Below, piece by piece: positions 30,031-45,185 of a DNA stretch of 64,000 nt. The notes under the pieces are model-generated. The model saw nothing but the letters and a program-made list of their open reading frames with translations, did not search any database and was not told the DNA's origin. The stretch is from the human T2T-CHM13v2.0 reference genome, Homo sapiens. The stretch's first letter is position 1. Each line of letters starts with the position of its first letter. Both the position numbers and the translations under genes were made by a program. The stretch is taken from the NCBI RefSeq assembly GCF_009914755.1, contig NC_060935.1; one strand, written 5' to 3'.

Positions 30031-30250
30031 ATAGTTCTCAACCTTGGATGGCATCACTGACTTGAAAGTGCTAGGTAATTTATGGGAGTGTGTTTGATTA
30101 CTGAAATCACTGGGGAGTGCTGCTGCATTTTACTAAACGGGGTTCAGAAATGCTAACCTTCCTGAAACATGTAGGGAAGGTCCTTAGCAATAACTAGCAT
30201 CATAACAATCCCATTCAAAATGCCAACAGTGCTCCTATGAGAAAAATTGT
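30031..30250. mobile_element. hAT-Charlie MITE (MER20/MER3-like)
   Basis: TAGTTCTCAACC...CAAAATGCCAACAGTGCT...TGAGAAA termini. Confidence 0.5.
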
Positions 30251-30321
30251 TACATCAATATTTACCAAAGTGTTCTGGGGAGCATTTTAGTCCCAAGGAA
30301 TTCTTTGAAAAACAAACCAGT

Positions 30322-31755
30322 ACCCAGAAATAAACCCACATATATATAGTCAACTAATTTTTGACAAAGGTGCTAAGAATACACAATAAGGAAAGAATAG
30401 CCTCTTCAATAAATTATACCTTGAAATGAAAAAGAATGAAACTGGACCCTTATAATACATCTCACACAAAATCAACTCATAATAAATTAAAGACTTAAAA
30501 GTAAGAACTGAAACAATAAAGTTTCTAAAAGAAAACATAAGGAAAAGCTCCTTAACATGAGTCTTGGCAATGCTTTTTTCAATTTTACACCAAATGTACA
30601 GGGGACAAACACCAAAATGAATAAGTGGAATTACAGCAAACTAAAAGTCTTTGCACAGCCAAGGAAACAATCAACAAAACAAAAAGGCAATCAAAAGAAT
30701 GGGAGAAAAAAGTGCAAGTCATATATCTGATAAAAAGCCAATATTCAAAATATTAAGAACACATGCAACTCAATATCAAGAATAATAATAAACACAATTT
30801 TAAAATAGGCAAAGGACCTGATAAGATTTTTCAAAGAAGACATATAAATGACCAACAGGTATATATAAAAATGTTCAACATCACTAATCATCAAGAAAAT
30901 GCATATCAAAACAGCAATGAGCTATTACTTCACACCTATTATGATGGCTATTATTTTTTAAAATGAAAGACAAGTGTTGGTGAATGTGGAGAAAGGGGAA
31001 TTCTTTAACACTGTTGGTGAGAATGTAAATTGTTTAGAGCCATAATGGAAAACAGTATGGGGTTTCCTCAAAAAACTAAAATTAGAACTACCATATGGTT
31101 TAGCAATCCCAATTCTGAGTTCATAGCCATGGGACTAAAATAACTGTATCAAAGAGATATTTGCACTATAATGTTCATAGCAGCATTATTGACAAAAGCC
31201 CATCTACAACTGAACGGATAAAGTATGGTATATATTATTCAATTGAATATTATTCAGCTTGAAAAAAGGAAATTCTATTTTTGTGACAACATGGAGGAAC
31301 CTGGAGGACACCATTTTAAGTAAAATAAGCCAGACAGAAAGAAGAACATTGCATACTCTCACTTATATGTGGAATTTATAAAGAAGTCAAACTCATAGTA
31401 ACGGAGAGTAGATTGGTAATTATTAGTGGCTGGGTGGGGGGCGGTGAGGAAAAAGGGGGCATATTAGTTAAAGGACACAAAGTTTCATTTAAAGATAAAT
31501 AAATTTCATGGACCTAATGTACATCATGATTACTAGAGCTAATAATAATGTGTTGTATGTTTGTAATTTGCTGAGAGTAGATCTAGGTATTCTCACCACA
31601 TAACACAAACGGTAACTATGTGAGATAATGAATATGTTAATTATCTGTATTGTGGTAATTATTTCACAATGTATATGCATCTCAAAACATCAGTTTGTAC
31701 ACCGTGAATGCATGTAATTTTTATTTGTCAATCATACTACAAAAAAGCTGGGAGG
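30322..31755 (+). mobile_element. L1MA (MA8/9-like) 3' fragment
   Basis: ORF2 C-terminal remnants (CCAGAAATAAACCCACA...TTTGACAAAGGTG) through a 3'UTR ending TTTTATTTGTCAATCATAC...AAAGCTGG. Confidence 0.85.
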
Positions 31756-31959
31756 GAAACAAAGATACTGTTCTGCAATAAGTTAGTTTGCCAATTCTGA
31801 ATACTATACTTCCTCCTAAGAGAAATTCATACATTCGCATAGGTAAAGAATTAAACACCTCTGTTATGCTTTAAGTAATTTGATTTTAAAAAAACATATG
31901 TGTTTATAACATCCTATGGACCACTTTCAAATATGTACACTTCAAATAGCAAGGGAAAC

Positions 31960-32129
31960 TGCTGGTTCTCAAATTTGCTTTTGATTAGACTCAACTAGGG
32001 ATCTTTTAAAAAACAAAAAATCTCTAGTGTAAGATTCCCACCTCCAGAGATTCTGGTGTTGCCTATGCAACAGCGTTTTTTAAACTCCCTTGGGGATTTT
32101 AATAATCTAGCCAGGTTGACAACTACTGC
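31960..32129. mobile_element. MER5-like hAT MITE
   Basis: TGGTTCTCAAA...CCAGAGATTCTG...CCAGGTTGACAACTACTG. Confidence 0.55.
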
Positions 32130-33463
32130 TTTGAATTATCACTGCCTTTACTCAATAGGCACTCATTTCTCATGACAGATGCCAATGGCATTTGTTTATT
32201 TGTTTATTTATTTATTTAGAAGCTGTCTTAGTTTGAATTAGTATAACAGCATGATAAGCAAAAAATTAAAATCAGGACTATAATCATATTTGCAGGGCTA
32301 TCTTCAGATATTAGAGCAACTACAGACTCATGTCTTTCAAGTTTCATTTTTCTAATTTAAGAAATGACTAAGTATGCATTGGTTTATCACGTGGCAATAA
32401 TAAATTGAAAGAGAAATAGATATTATGTTGGATGGAGCACATTTTGAAGAGACATAACAAAAATCACTACAGACCAAGGAGAGACATGTTTAGGCACATA
32501 TTTAGAAAGAAGGCTCCAGCAAATTACAGAAATAGATGCAAAAAAGAGAGACTAGAGGTGGGAATGGTCAGCAGGACTTACCAAATAACCAGAGAAGTGA
32601 TTATGAAGCTTCAAATTATGGCTGGGCACTAAGGATGAAGGAAATGACTCAAGTAGAAGAAGTATTTCTTTGTTAGGATCTTGCTGGAATGCTTAGAATG
32701 CTTATTGGTATAAGTGAGAAAAATGACAAAATGAAAATTTTTACATATAGCTCCCAGATTTTTAGTTCAGGAAGCTAAAATACAGGAGAATGAAATAATT
32801 TAGAAGGCATACATTTAGAATCGTGTTTTTTTTTTTTTAAAGTACATATTTAAAACTATTAAAATTTAGATATTTATCCAGGCAGAAAAAATAAAGAAAT
32901 TAAAGGAAAAGACAGAGAATAGAACTTGAGAAACATCTACATAAGGGATGACAGGCAGAAGAAAAGCAAGTGAAGGAGAAATAGATAAAATGATTAGAGG
33001 ATGACAAAACCACAGAAAACCAAAATGGGGAGATATTCAATGGGGAAGAGGAAGATAACAGGACCGGGGTACAGAGAAATGTCAAAGAACGAGAACAAAG
33101 AAAAACTCATTGTTCTAGCTACTAGGAACCTACTGCTGACCTGTGAGAGTTGTGTCTCCTATGCTGAATGGAAGTATGGGACATGGGGAGTTGGGCTGTG
33201 AAATGAGGGCAAGGAACAGCAACCCTGAAAAGGTCAAGAGAAAGTTTATCAATGGAGAGACCTGACGAGTTTCTGGGAAGACTGAAAGGACTGAAGTAGG
33301 GTGTCATAAGGGGATGGAGGTGGGGTTTGGGAGTACAGATGAAAGAACAAGTTATAAGAGAAATCAAAAAATAAGGGTAAGGGTAGAGAGAGTATTAGCT
33401 TCTGAAGGGTAGAAAGTCTCCTTCTGAAGCAGCAGAAAGGTTTTAGAAAAGTAAGACACCAAG

Positions 33464-33850
33464 TATGATGGCTAATTTAATATGTTAATTTGCCTGGCCC
33501 ATGGTGTCCATATATTTTGTCAAACATTATCCTGAATGTTTCTGTTAAGCTGCTTTTGAGATGAGATTAACATTTAAATTGGTAAATTTTAAATATGCAG
33601 TTTACCCTACATAATCTCATACAATCAGTTGAAGGCCTTAGTAGAACAAAGACTGATCTAGAATTCTACCAGAGCAAGAAGGAATTCAACCAGTAGACTG
33701 CCTTTGGACTTTAACTGTGACTAATTTCTGAGTCTTCAGCCTTCTGGCCTACTCTTAAGAGATTTTGGATGAGCCAAGCCTCCGCAGTCATGTGAGCCAA
33801 TTTCTTAAAGTGAAAAAAAAAATCTCTTTCTCTCTCTCTGTATAAACACA

Positions 33851-33886
<36 letters not shown>

Positions 33887-33985
33887 TATGTACATACAGG
33901 TACACATATATACAGATCTGTGTATAAAAACACATACATATACATCATATTGGTTCTCTTTCTCTGAAGAACCTTAACTAATACA
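33464..33985 (+). mobile_element. MLT2B-like ERVL solo LTR containing a (CT)n/(CA)n microsatellite
   Basis: TATGATGGCTAATTT...GAGATGAGATTAACATTTAAAT...CAATCAGTTGAAGGCC...TTGGTTCTCTTTCTCTGAAGAACCTTAACTAATACA. Confidence 0.85.
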
Positions 33986-35774
33986 CCAGATTATCTGCCA
34001 AGAAGAAGAAAGCATGTGAGATAGGTGTCTAGCATCTACTGTGGAAAAAACTCAATAGAAGTACCGAAGGTCCAGTTGAAGTTTAACAAATTTGTCTTAT
34101 ATTTACCTAAGATGTCTTTTTCCTAGTGGTGACATTCTGGGAATTTAGGAGAAAAATGTTATTAAAAAATGTTACTGAATTTCTCACTTATTTTGAATAG
34201 AAAACAGTGTAAAAGAAGTCTCTATAATATTAGTGAGAATTTTTTCTTTAGCAGTGTATTAAAAGATATGAAAAAACAAATGTCAGAACTATTAACATTT
34301 CATCCTCTTCATGATCACAAAACGGATGACAAAAAAATATCATAAGCTTCTGACTGAATTGGGTCATTAATCTAGTAACAACTCTAAAATTGATGTGAGT
34401 GTGAAAACTTGGGCCAACCGAGGGAAATAAATAATCTCTGTCATCAGCTTCCTATAAGTGATTTTGACTGCTCAACAAATACAAAGAGATGTTTTAGGTG
34501 ATTTATTGCCTGTCATAACAGATTCAGACTCAAACCCTAGGTATACCTTACTCAGTGTCAATCTGATCTATAAAAAGATAAGTGGCACTCCTGAAGTTTT
34601 ATGGACACAGAGGAAATCAAGAAAGAAGTTAAATGTAAACATTGCAAAATCCATTTCTTATTTGTCCAGTGTCTACTGTTATAGCATGTTTGAATAGAAG
34701 TTCAAAAGGTAGTGTGGCCCAAGGAGAGAGCATTTAGATGAAATTACTCCCATAGATGGAGTAATTACAAAGTCCTCAATGACAGATTTGGAGCATGTCA
34801 ATATTCAAACTCTCAGAGACTTCATTTTGAAGTCTGCAAAAGTCTCAATTGCAATTTACTGTTCTTCACCCCATGGGGTTTTACTAAAAATGTGATGAGG
34901 AGTTCAAGTAAATTTAATAGTAGTTATTGATGCCTATAGTGTCCACACAGAAATAATCATCACTATGTTTTCCACTAATTAGGAATCAATAGTGTTCCTG
35001 TTATAGTTACCCACACCATCCCTTCCCTTTTTAATGGATGTGGCCTTTTGAGGGATCAAGGTATTCTTATGTGAAAATAAAATACAGAAAGAAGTGGAAG
35101 CCATTTGTCTGGCAGATCTTAGGAACTTTTACTGATGCATGACCTTGCTTTGTAAGGAGAGATTTCACTGTTTAAGAGTTAACGTTGAAATAGCAAAATA
35201 CTACAACCAGTATCCCACAGTTCGTGCCTCTTCTCATCATCCCACATAATACAAAAGATTAAAAAATGTTTAAACCTAACTTGTCCCATTGCCTTCCTTT
35301 ATCTTTGCAAGAATTATTCCTTTACCAAAAATTTGAGGACTATAATTTAGAGAAGCAACCTCTTATTACAAGAGTTTTTTCCTGTGTAGGAGTGAAGAAG
35401 AAAATACAGCAGTGGTGTTCTAAAGGAATTTTTTTTAGAAAAACAGAAAGAATTGAGGAATGTCCAGATAAATTATGCCAATAGTAGTTATTCCCTTTTG
35501 TTATCCTTTGAGGAGCCTTGGTAAAATTGGGAGAGGGCAGTTAGTCAATTTTGATTCAAAATATACTTCTTTAATACCCTTTAAAATGTACTCAAAAATA
35601 TGGAGAAAACTGTAAAAAGTAAAAATCTGTTTCAATTCCAACCTTTAAATTTTAATCCTACAAAGAATTTTAGCTCTTTCAATACTCTAGAACCAGAGGC
35701 AATCACAAGTAACAACGTTAATATGTATACTTCAATTTTTTGTGAACTCACAGAGGCATATTTCTATTCTTAAC

Positions 35775-36276
35775 ATATTTGCACTTGTCAGACTTCCATC
35801 AAAATGCAGTCTGTTTCTCTATTCACTTGAATCAGGAGACCCTGTAACTTCTTTGATTAAAAGATGTTACATGAAAAAATGCTATGCTGGTTACAGGTCC
35901 AGCCCTTCATTATACTGACAACTTCTACTTCCTCTTTCTTAGAACATGCTTTGGAAGCTCCCTCTCTGAACTCAAGTTTTCATGTTGTATGAAGCCTATA
36001 CATATAGCAATGTCTTGTGTAGCAATCTCTTCAACAGCTCCAGCTAAGCTCCCCTTCACTGGTAGCATCAATTGCCATCTATGGGATGCCTATCCTGGTG
36101 TCCTCCAATTCCTGCTATCACTTCTATCAATGAAAAAACATGCTTAAGAAAACTCAAGAAAGAATGGCTTGGTTTAGCCAAGTCAACCTATAGAACCATG
36201 AAAGATATATATATTTTTTTGTATTAAGACACTCAGTTGCGGGTGGGTTGTTATACAGTAATAGATAATTGAAACA
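35775..36276 (+). mobile_element. Old MLT1 (MLT1G/H-like) MaLR LTR
   Basis: 3' terminus TTAAGACACTCAGTT...GGTTGTTATACAGTAATAGATAATTGAAACA. The 5' limit is approximate. Confidence 0.6.
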
Positions 36277-37664
36277 GCCTTTTCATATTTTGAATTTTCT
36301 ACTAGTGGAATTACAATGAATGTGGTAAGAAGATATTTCAGTGTCATTTGCAATAACATCTTTCTCTCTTAACAGTACATAAATTAATGGTTTGATTTAT
36401 AATCAGTACATCTAATAATTAATGGTATCTCAGATTCAATAAAATATAATTCTTCATGATGCTGTGAATGAAAGCCTAACAGTTGTGCTGATTGAGATGT
36501 GTTGGGGTATGTGTGGAAGACTTGGTATGCAGATTATGCAGACCGTAAACAGCTAGAGTTGCAGGACCAGAGATAAGAAGTGACAAAAAGGAGGGTACAG
36601 AACAGGGTGAGTAGGAGCACAAAAATAACCATCTACATCACAATATCTAGTGGAGCTTAAAAGTCAAGCTGTTTGCAAGGAGGTATCAGAAAATTGATCT
36701 GGAGGTAGAAATTTTATATTTCAGGATAATAGCTATATTAAAGTGCAGACCTCTAAGTGCTAATAATGAACTTAATAAATTGTGAGAAATTGGGCAAGGC
36801 ATTTTATCTTCCCCCATTTCAGTTGCTTTATCTAAAAAATGAAGAAAATTATTTTTTTCTGCAGGATTCTTGTAATGATATTATAAAATAATGCTTATGA
36901 AAAAATTTTAAACTCTAAATTGATAATACATGTATTTTATTAATATTGTTAAAGTAAAGTTATGGCTTATACCACAATCATATACCAGAATGGCTCAGAA
37001 TCATATACCAGATTCTGAGCCAAAATTTAGCCGGGGATTCTCTCTTTATCTTATTTTAAAATATTGAGACTATAAAGCATATGATCATATTTAGATCACA
37101 GGGATGCAAAAATTTCTAACAAACATAAACATATCAGATACAGCAACATACAAAAAGTATAATACCTCATCATAAAGTGGAATTTATCCCAGGAATATAT
37201 GGTCTGAAAACAATTTAAAAATTAAACATTATAATTCACCACACTCATTGACTGAAAAGGACAAATCATATGATTATCTCAGTGCAGAATTAAATATTTC
37301 ACAAAAATTAACATCCATTTATGATAACCACAATAAGGAAAGAAAAACTGTTAAAAAAACAATGAATAGAAGAAAACTTCCAAAAAATGATCAATTGTAT
37401 CTACAAAAATCCTATAACTATCATCATAATTAATTTTCAAAGGTGGAATGTTTTGCCCCTAATATCAGGGACAAGACAATGATTTCTTCTCTCACCACTC
37501 ATATTCAAGATTGTGCCAGGTATTATAGCCAGTACAGCAGAGAGAGTAAAGACATACGGTTGGAAAGGAAGTCATAAAATTTCTCTTTTTTTACCAGATG
37601 ACGTGATACAACATACAAGAAATTCCAAAGAACCACAAAAATTATAAATATTAATTAAAAATTT

Positions 37665-37966
37665 GTCTGGAAGCAGTGGCTCACACCTCTAGTCCCAACA
37701 CATTGGGAGGCCAAGGTGGGCGGATCACTTGGGGTCAGGAGCTCAAGACCAGCCTGGCCAACATGCTGAAATCCTGTCTCTACTAAAAACACAAAAATTA
37801 GCCAGCCATGGTGGTAGGTGCCTGTAATCCCAGCTACTTGGGAGGCTGAGGCAGGAGAATTGCTTGAACCCAAGAGGCAGAGATTTCAGTGAGCCAAGAT
37901 TATGCTACTGCAGTTCCACCTGGGCAACAGAGTGAGACTCCATCTTAAAAAAAAAAAAAAAAAAAA
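37665..37966 (+). mobile_element. AluS (Sx/Sz-like), full length
   Basis: Dimeric Alu with middle A-rich linker and an A20 tail; CpG-decayed. Confidence 0.93.
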
Positions 37967-39056
37967 GAATACAAAGTAAACATACAAAAATTACCTGGAT
38001 AATAAAAATATCATTTGCAAAATAGTATTAAAATGCATAAAATCCTTACGGATAAATCTAACAAAATATGTACAGAAACACGTACAAAATTTTTGTGCTG
38101 AAAACTATAAGACATTGAAGGGAGAAATCAAAAACAAAAATTTTTGTTTTGTTTGTTTGTTTATAGTGATGATGAACAATGCGCCATGTTCACAAATTGT
38201 AAGTCCCAATATAGGTGATATATCAATTCCCACAAAATCTATCTATAGATACAACATAATTTTAATCAAAACTACATTAGACTTTTTAGAAAATGGCAAT
38301 TTAAAAACTATGTGGGAAAACAAAGGACCTCAAATAGTCAAAATAATTTCAAAATACGAATAAATATGGAGAACTTATATGACTTCATGGCATCATTTGA
38401 AAAGAGCAATTAAAGCAGTGTGGCATGGGCATAGCATAGATATAGATTTCCATGGAACAGAATAGATTGTCTAGTTGTAAAGATCTCATATACTTCTGGT
38501 TGGAATGGAAAGTCACGCAGCCAGTTTTGAAAACAGGTTAGTAGTTTAACCAGTTTAATCAAATACTTAACATATGGCCCAGCAACCCCAATCTTGTTTT
38601 ATCCAAGAGTAATAAAAATTTGTGTCCACACAAAGACCTGTACCTCAATGTTTATAGCAATTTTATTCACAATAATCAGAAAATAACAACCCCATATTCA
38701 TCAACCAGTAAAAAAGAATTTTTCTACATCATAAGGAGTTGCTGATACATGACATAACATAAATGGATCTTGAAAATATATTATGTGGAAAAGCCAGGTT
38801 TGAATGGATTAATGTATAATTATTATACGATTCAATTATATGGCATTCTGGAAAAGACAAACTATAATGAAAGAAGCAGCCATTCCTAAAGGTTAGTGGG
38901 GTGACGGAGCGTACTCAACTACAAAGGGATGAGGGAACTTCCAGCAGTAATAAAAATAATCTTGTTTATAGTGATGATTACATGGCTGTGAATGTTTTTA
39001 AAAATTCAGCAAATTACATACCTTTAAAACGTAAATTTTTTTGTATGTAAGTAATC

Positions 39057-39339
<283 letters not shown>

Positions 39340-39811
39340 AATCTGTACTTTAAAAAGTAAACTATGTCATTTATCACAATAATAGAAAAAAGAGAAAAAC
39401 ATTCAAGTCAATAGAAGCAGAAAGGTATTTTGATAAAATGGGTAATAACTGCATTCATTTTAAGAAAAGAAACCCAAAACCTCTTAACAAACTAGAATGA
39501 GAAGGAAATGTCTCCAATCTGATGAAGACTGTCTAATCAAATTGAAGAACATAATTAACGGTGATACAGTAAAAACTTTTCCCCTGTGAAGGAGACCCAT
39601 TTTGAATGCTTATAGGTTGCATTCTGCATAAAGTCTTTGCCAGCACATTAAATAAAAAGAAATATAAAAATTGTATGAGAAGTAGTGTAAACGTCATTAT
39701 TCATAGAAAAACCATTATTTAGAAAACTACAAAAAAGTACACATATAAACAATTACAATAACTGAATTTACCAATATCAGTGGATATAAGATCAATATTA
39801 AAATAATATGT

Positions 39812-40313
39812 TGTCATCGTCTATTCAGGCTGCTATAACTAAATACCTGAGACTAGGTAATTTATTTAAAAAATTAGAAATTTATTTCTCACAATTCTGG
39901 AGACTGGGAAATCTAAGGAGAAGGCACTACCAAACTTGGTGTCTGGTGAGGGCCTGTTCCTGAGTCCTCACATGGTGAAGGGGCAAGATTGCTCTCATTT
40001 ACAAGGATATATATTTTTTTAAAAAAATAAAGGCACTAGGGAGGCTGAGGCAGGAGAATGGTGTGAACCCAAGAGGCAGAGCTTGCAGTGAGCCAAGATC
40101 ACGCCACTGCACTCCAGCCTGGGAGACAGAGCAAGACTCCGTCTCAAAAAAAAATAAAAAAATAAAAATATAAAGGCACTAATCTCGTTCATGAAGACAG
40201 AGACCTAATGATTTAATCACTCCCCAAAGGACCCTACTCTTAATACTATTGCATTGGTGATTATGTTTCAACATACTAATTTTAGGGGGACACACAACTT
40301 AAGACTATAGAGC
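39812..40313 (-). mobile_element. MST/MLT1A-type MaLR solo LTR, interrupted by an AluY fragment
   Basis: TCAGGCTGCTATAACTAAATACC...GAAATTTATTTCTCACAATTCTGGAG...GTGTCTGGTGAGGGCC...TTTCAACAT...GGGGGACACA. Confidence 0.8.
40039..40169 (+). mobile_element. 5'-truncated AluY (right arm only)
   Basis: AGAATGGTGTGAACC and GAGCTTGCAG are AluY diagnostics; perfect TSD ATAAAGGCACTA (40027 / 40170). Confidence 0.9.
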
Positions 40314-41402
40314 AAACTATTTTTAATAATACACTTACATTAGTGTAAAAAGGCCACATATACTTACAGAATAAATCAAAGCTCCATACACACAAAACTA
40401 CAACATATGATTGAGATAACTAAGATTGAGTATTTCAATGAATGTGTCCTGTGTATAGATAGAAACACTTAGAATTGTAAATTTATCAATTTACAAATGT
40501 TCTCTAGATTTGAAATAATCCCCAGGAAAGCATCCCAGCTGCTTTTCTTATAGAAAATGTCAAAATTATTCCAAAATTTATATGAGAATATAAAGCCCAA
40601 AGAACAGCCAGGACATATGTGAAGAAAAAAAATTTTAATTCTTGTTGATATCTAAACTTACTAAAAAGACACTTTACTTGCTAAACTTACTAAAAAGACA
40701 CTTTAATTATGACAGTGTGACATTGGTGCAAGTAAAGCTAAATAGATCCCTAGCACTTACTAAAAAGTCCAGAAAAAGATTCACTGGGACGGTCACTTGA
40801 TATTTGATAAAGATAAACTGCAAATGATTAAAAGAAAAGAGGACATTTTAAATGAATTATATGGGTCCAACTATATAACTATATGAGAGAAAATAGACTT
40901 TGATTCCTACTTTACTACAATTCCAAGTGGATTTTAAATTTCAAAGTGAAATGTAAAACAGCAAAGCTTCTAGATGATGATACAGGAGAATATTAGTATT
41001 GTCTTGAGTTAAGCAACATCTATTAAAGGGTCACAAACTGTACTACTAATAAAGAAAATGAGCAATATATTGTAATACATTAAAGTTATCTGGTCAACAA
41101 ATTATTCCTATGAGAGTAAAAAGGACAAGTAGAAGGATAGGAGACTATATTTCTTACACATGTATCTGACAAATAACACATTTAAGATATACAAAGAATA
41201 GCTACAAACCAAATAAGGAAAAAAAAAAGGAAATGATTTGCCTATCTACTTTTTAAGAGAAGATGTCATAATTATCAATAAATGTAAAATAGTGCTCAAT
41301 TTCATCCATCAGAAGGAAGCAAATTAAAATCACAATGAGATACCACTATATACCCACCAGCATGGCTTAAATTAATAATATTAATAATTCCAGTGTAAGT
41401 CA

Positions 41403-42769
<1,367 letters not shown>

Positions 42770-43215
42770 AGTAGTAGTAAGTGGGACTGAAACATGTAAA
42801 CAGTATGCTGCAGCAATGTAAATCCCAGGTATAGTCCCAACAGAAATGTGCCCCTTTTGTTCACAAAAATCATGTTTATCACAGCACTATTCACGGTGGT
42901 AAAAAACTAGAAAAGGTTCTTCTCCTCAGATGAACAATGAACATAAAAGCCGCAAGAGCAGAATGAAAAAACTGTGTGTGTGTGTGTGTATGTGTGTGTG
43001 TGTATGTGTGTGTCTTTGATTACTATGCATCATGAAAATGAATGAACTAGAGCTACCACATCAGAAACTGCCGAAATGAATTGATGGTGTTTGGATAGTG
43101 GTTACCTGTTCTAAGGTTAGTAATAAATGACTGGTAAGAGGCATAGAAGGAGATTTTGGGTGTTGCACTGTTCTCAATCTCGCTTTCTCTTTTTTTCCCT
43201 TTCTCCCTCCCCATC

Positions 43216-43807
43216 TGTATTAGTCAGGGTTCTCTTAGAAGGACAGAACTAATAGAATGGATAAATGGATGGATGGATGGATGAATGGGAGGGAGGGAGG
43301 GAGGGTGGAAGGAAGGAAGGAAGGGAGGGAGGGTGGAAGGAAGAAAGGAAAGAAGGAAAGAAGGAAAAAGAAAGAAAGAAGGAAAGAAAGAGAAAAAGAA
43401 AGGAAAGAAAAAGAAAAGAAAAAAAGAAAGAATTTATTAAGTACTAACTTATGCAATCACAAGGTCCTACCATAGGCTGTCTGCAAGCTGATGAATAAGG
43501 AGAGGCAGTCAGAGTCCCAAAACGGAAGAACTTGGAGTGCAATGTTAGAGCGTAGGAAGCATCCAGCACAGGAGAAAGAGGTAGGCTGGGAGGCTAGGCC
43601 CATTGTCTCCTAGCTTCAAGTTTTTATGCCTGCTTTATAGTCACTGGCAGCTGATTAGATGGTGCCCACCTGTAAAGGGTGGGTCTGCCTTTCCCTGTCC
43701 ACTGACTCAAATGTTAATCTCCTTTGGCAACACCCTCACAGACACACCCAGGATCCATATTGCATCCTTCAATCCAATCAAGTTGACACTTGGTATTAAC
43801 CACCACA
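43216..43807 (-). mobile_element. MLT2A (HERV-L) solo LTR with an expanded purine-rich microsatellite
   Basis: TGTATTAGTCAGGGTTCTC...CAATCCAATCAAGTTGACAC...TATTAACCACCACA; perfect 5-bp TSD CCATC (43211 / 43808). (GGAT)/(GGGA)/(GGAA)/(GAAA) tract at 43257-43430. Confidence 0.92.
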
Positions 43808-43874
43808 CCATCCCCCTCTCCTCTTTCCCCTCTCTCTTTTACCAGTGGTATACTGATTAGTTTTCATTAAAAAA

Positions 43875-45185
43875 AAAATTTCAACTTTTAGTTTAGAGAC
43901 AGGGTAAATATATATATATATTTTATATGAAATATATATATGAAATATATATATAAAATATATATAATATATATATAATATATATATATTATATATATTA
44001 TATGTATATAAAATATATATATTATATGTATATAAAATATATATATTATATGTATATAAAATATATATATTATATGTATATAAAATATATATATTATATG
44101 TATATAAAATATATATATTATATGTATATAAAATATATATATTATATGTATATAAAATATATATATTATATGTATATAAAATATATATATTATATGTATA
44201 TAAAATATATATATTATATGTATATAAAATATATATATTATATGTATATAAAATATATATATATACACACATATATACGTGTATATATACATATACACGT
44301 ATATATGTATATATATACATATACACGTATATATGTGTATATATACGTATATACGTGTATATGTATATATATACATATACACGTATATACGTATATATAC
44401 ACATATATACACGTATATATACACATATATATACGTATATACGTATATACGTATATATATACGTATATACATATATACGTATATATATACATATATACAC
44501 ATATATACATATATACATATATATATACACACACACAGATATATATACACATATATATACATATATACACATATATACATATATATACACACACACAGAT
44601 ATATATACACATATATATACAATATATACACATATATACATATATGTACACATATATATGCAGGTTTGTTACATAGGAATACGGTATAATGCTGAGGTTT
44701 GTGGTACAGATCTTGTCACCCAGGTAGTGAGTACAGTACCCAATAGGTAGTTTTTCAATCTATGCTCCACTCTTCTACTTCCCCCCAGTAGGCCTGTAGT
44801 GTCTATTGTTCTCATCTTTATGTCCATGTGTACTCAGTGTTTAGCTCCCATGTAAAAGTGATAACATACAGTGCTTGGTTTTCTGTTTTTACATTAGTTT
44901 GTTTCGGATTATGGCCTCCAGCTACATCCATGTTGCTGCAAAGGACATGATTTTATTCCTTTTTATGGCTATGTAGTATATACCACATTTCTTTATCCAG
45001 TCCACCACTGATAGGCACCTAGGTGGTTGGTTCCATGTTTTTGCTACTGTGAATAGTGCTGCAATAAACATATAAGTGTCTTTTTGGTAGAACAATTTAT
45101 TTTCTTTGGGGTACATACCTAGTAATGGGATTGCTAGGTTGAATGGTAGCTCTGTTTAAAGTTCTTTGAGAAATCTCCAAACTGG
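43875..45185 (-). mobile_element. L1PA15/16-like 3' fragment interrupted by an AT-rich minisatellite
   Basis: TTCAACTTTTAG...CAGGGTA[repeat]TGCAGGTTTGTTACATAGG...GTCACCCAGGTAGTGAG; minus ORF MYPKENKLFYQKDT. Confidence 0.85.
43906..44659. repeat. AT-rich compound minisatellite: ~11 copies of 24-bp ATGTATATAAAATATATATATTAT plus a degenerate (TA/CA/CG) tract
   Basis: Read directly from the sequence; the ORF track shows an 8-aa periodicity (MYIKYIYY) from 44002. Confidence 0.95.

Noticed and set aside
43796-44750. Long ORFs of 131-285 aa on both strands
   Set aside because: Y/I/M/C/V-rich translations of the TA-rich minisatellite, which lacks stop codons in several frames; not genes.
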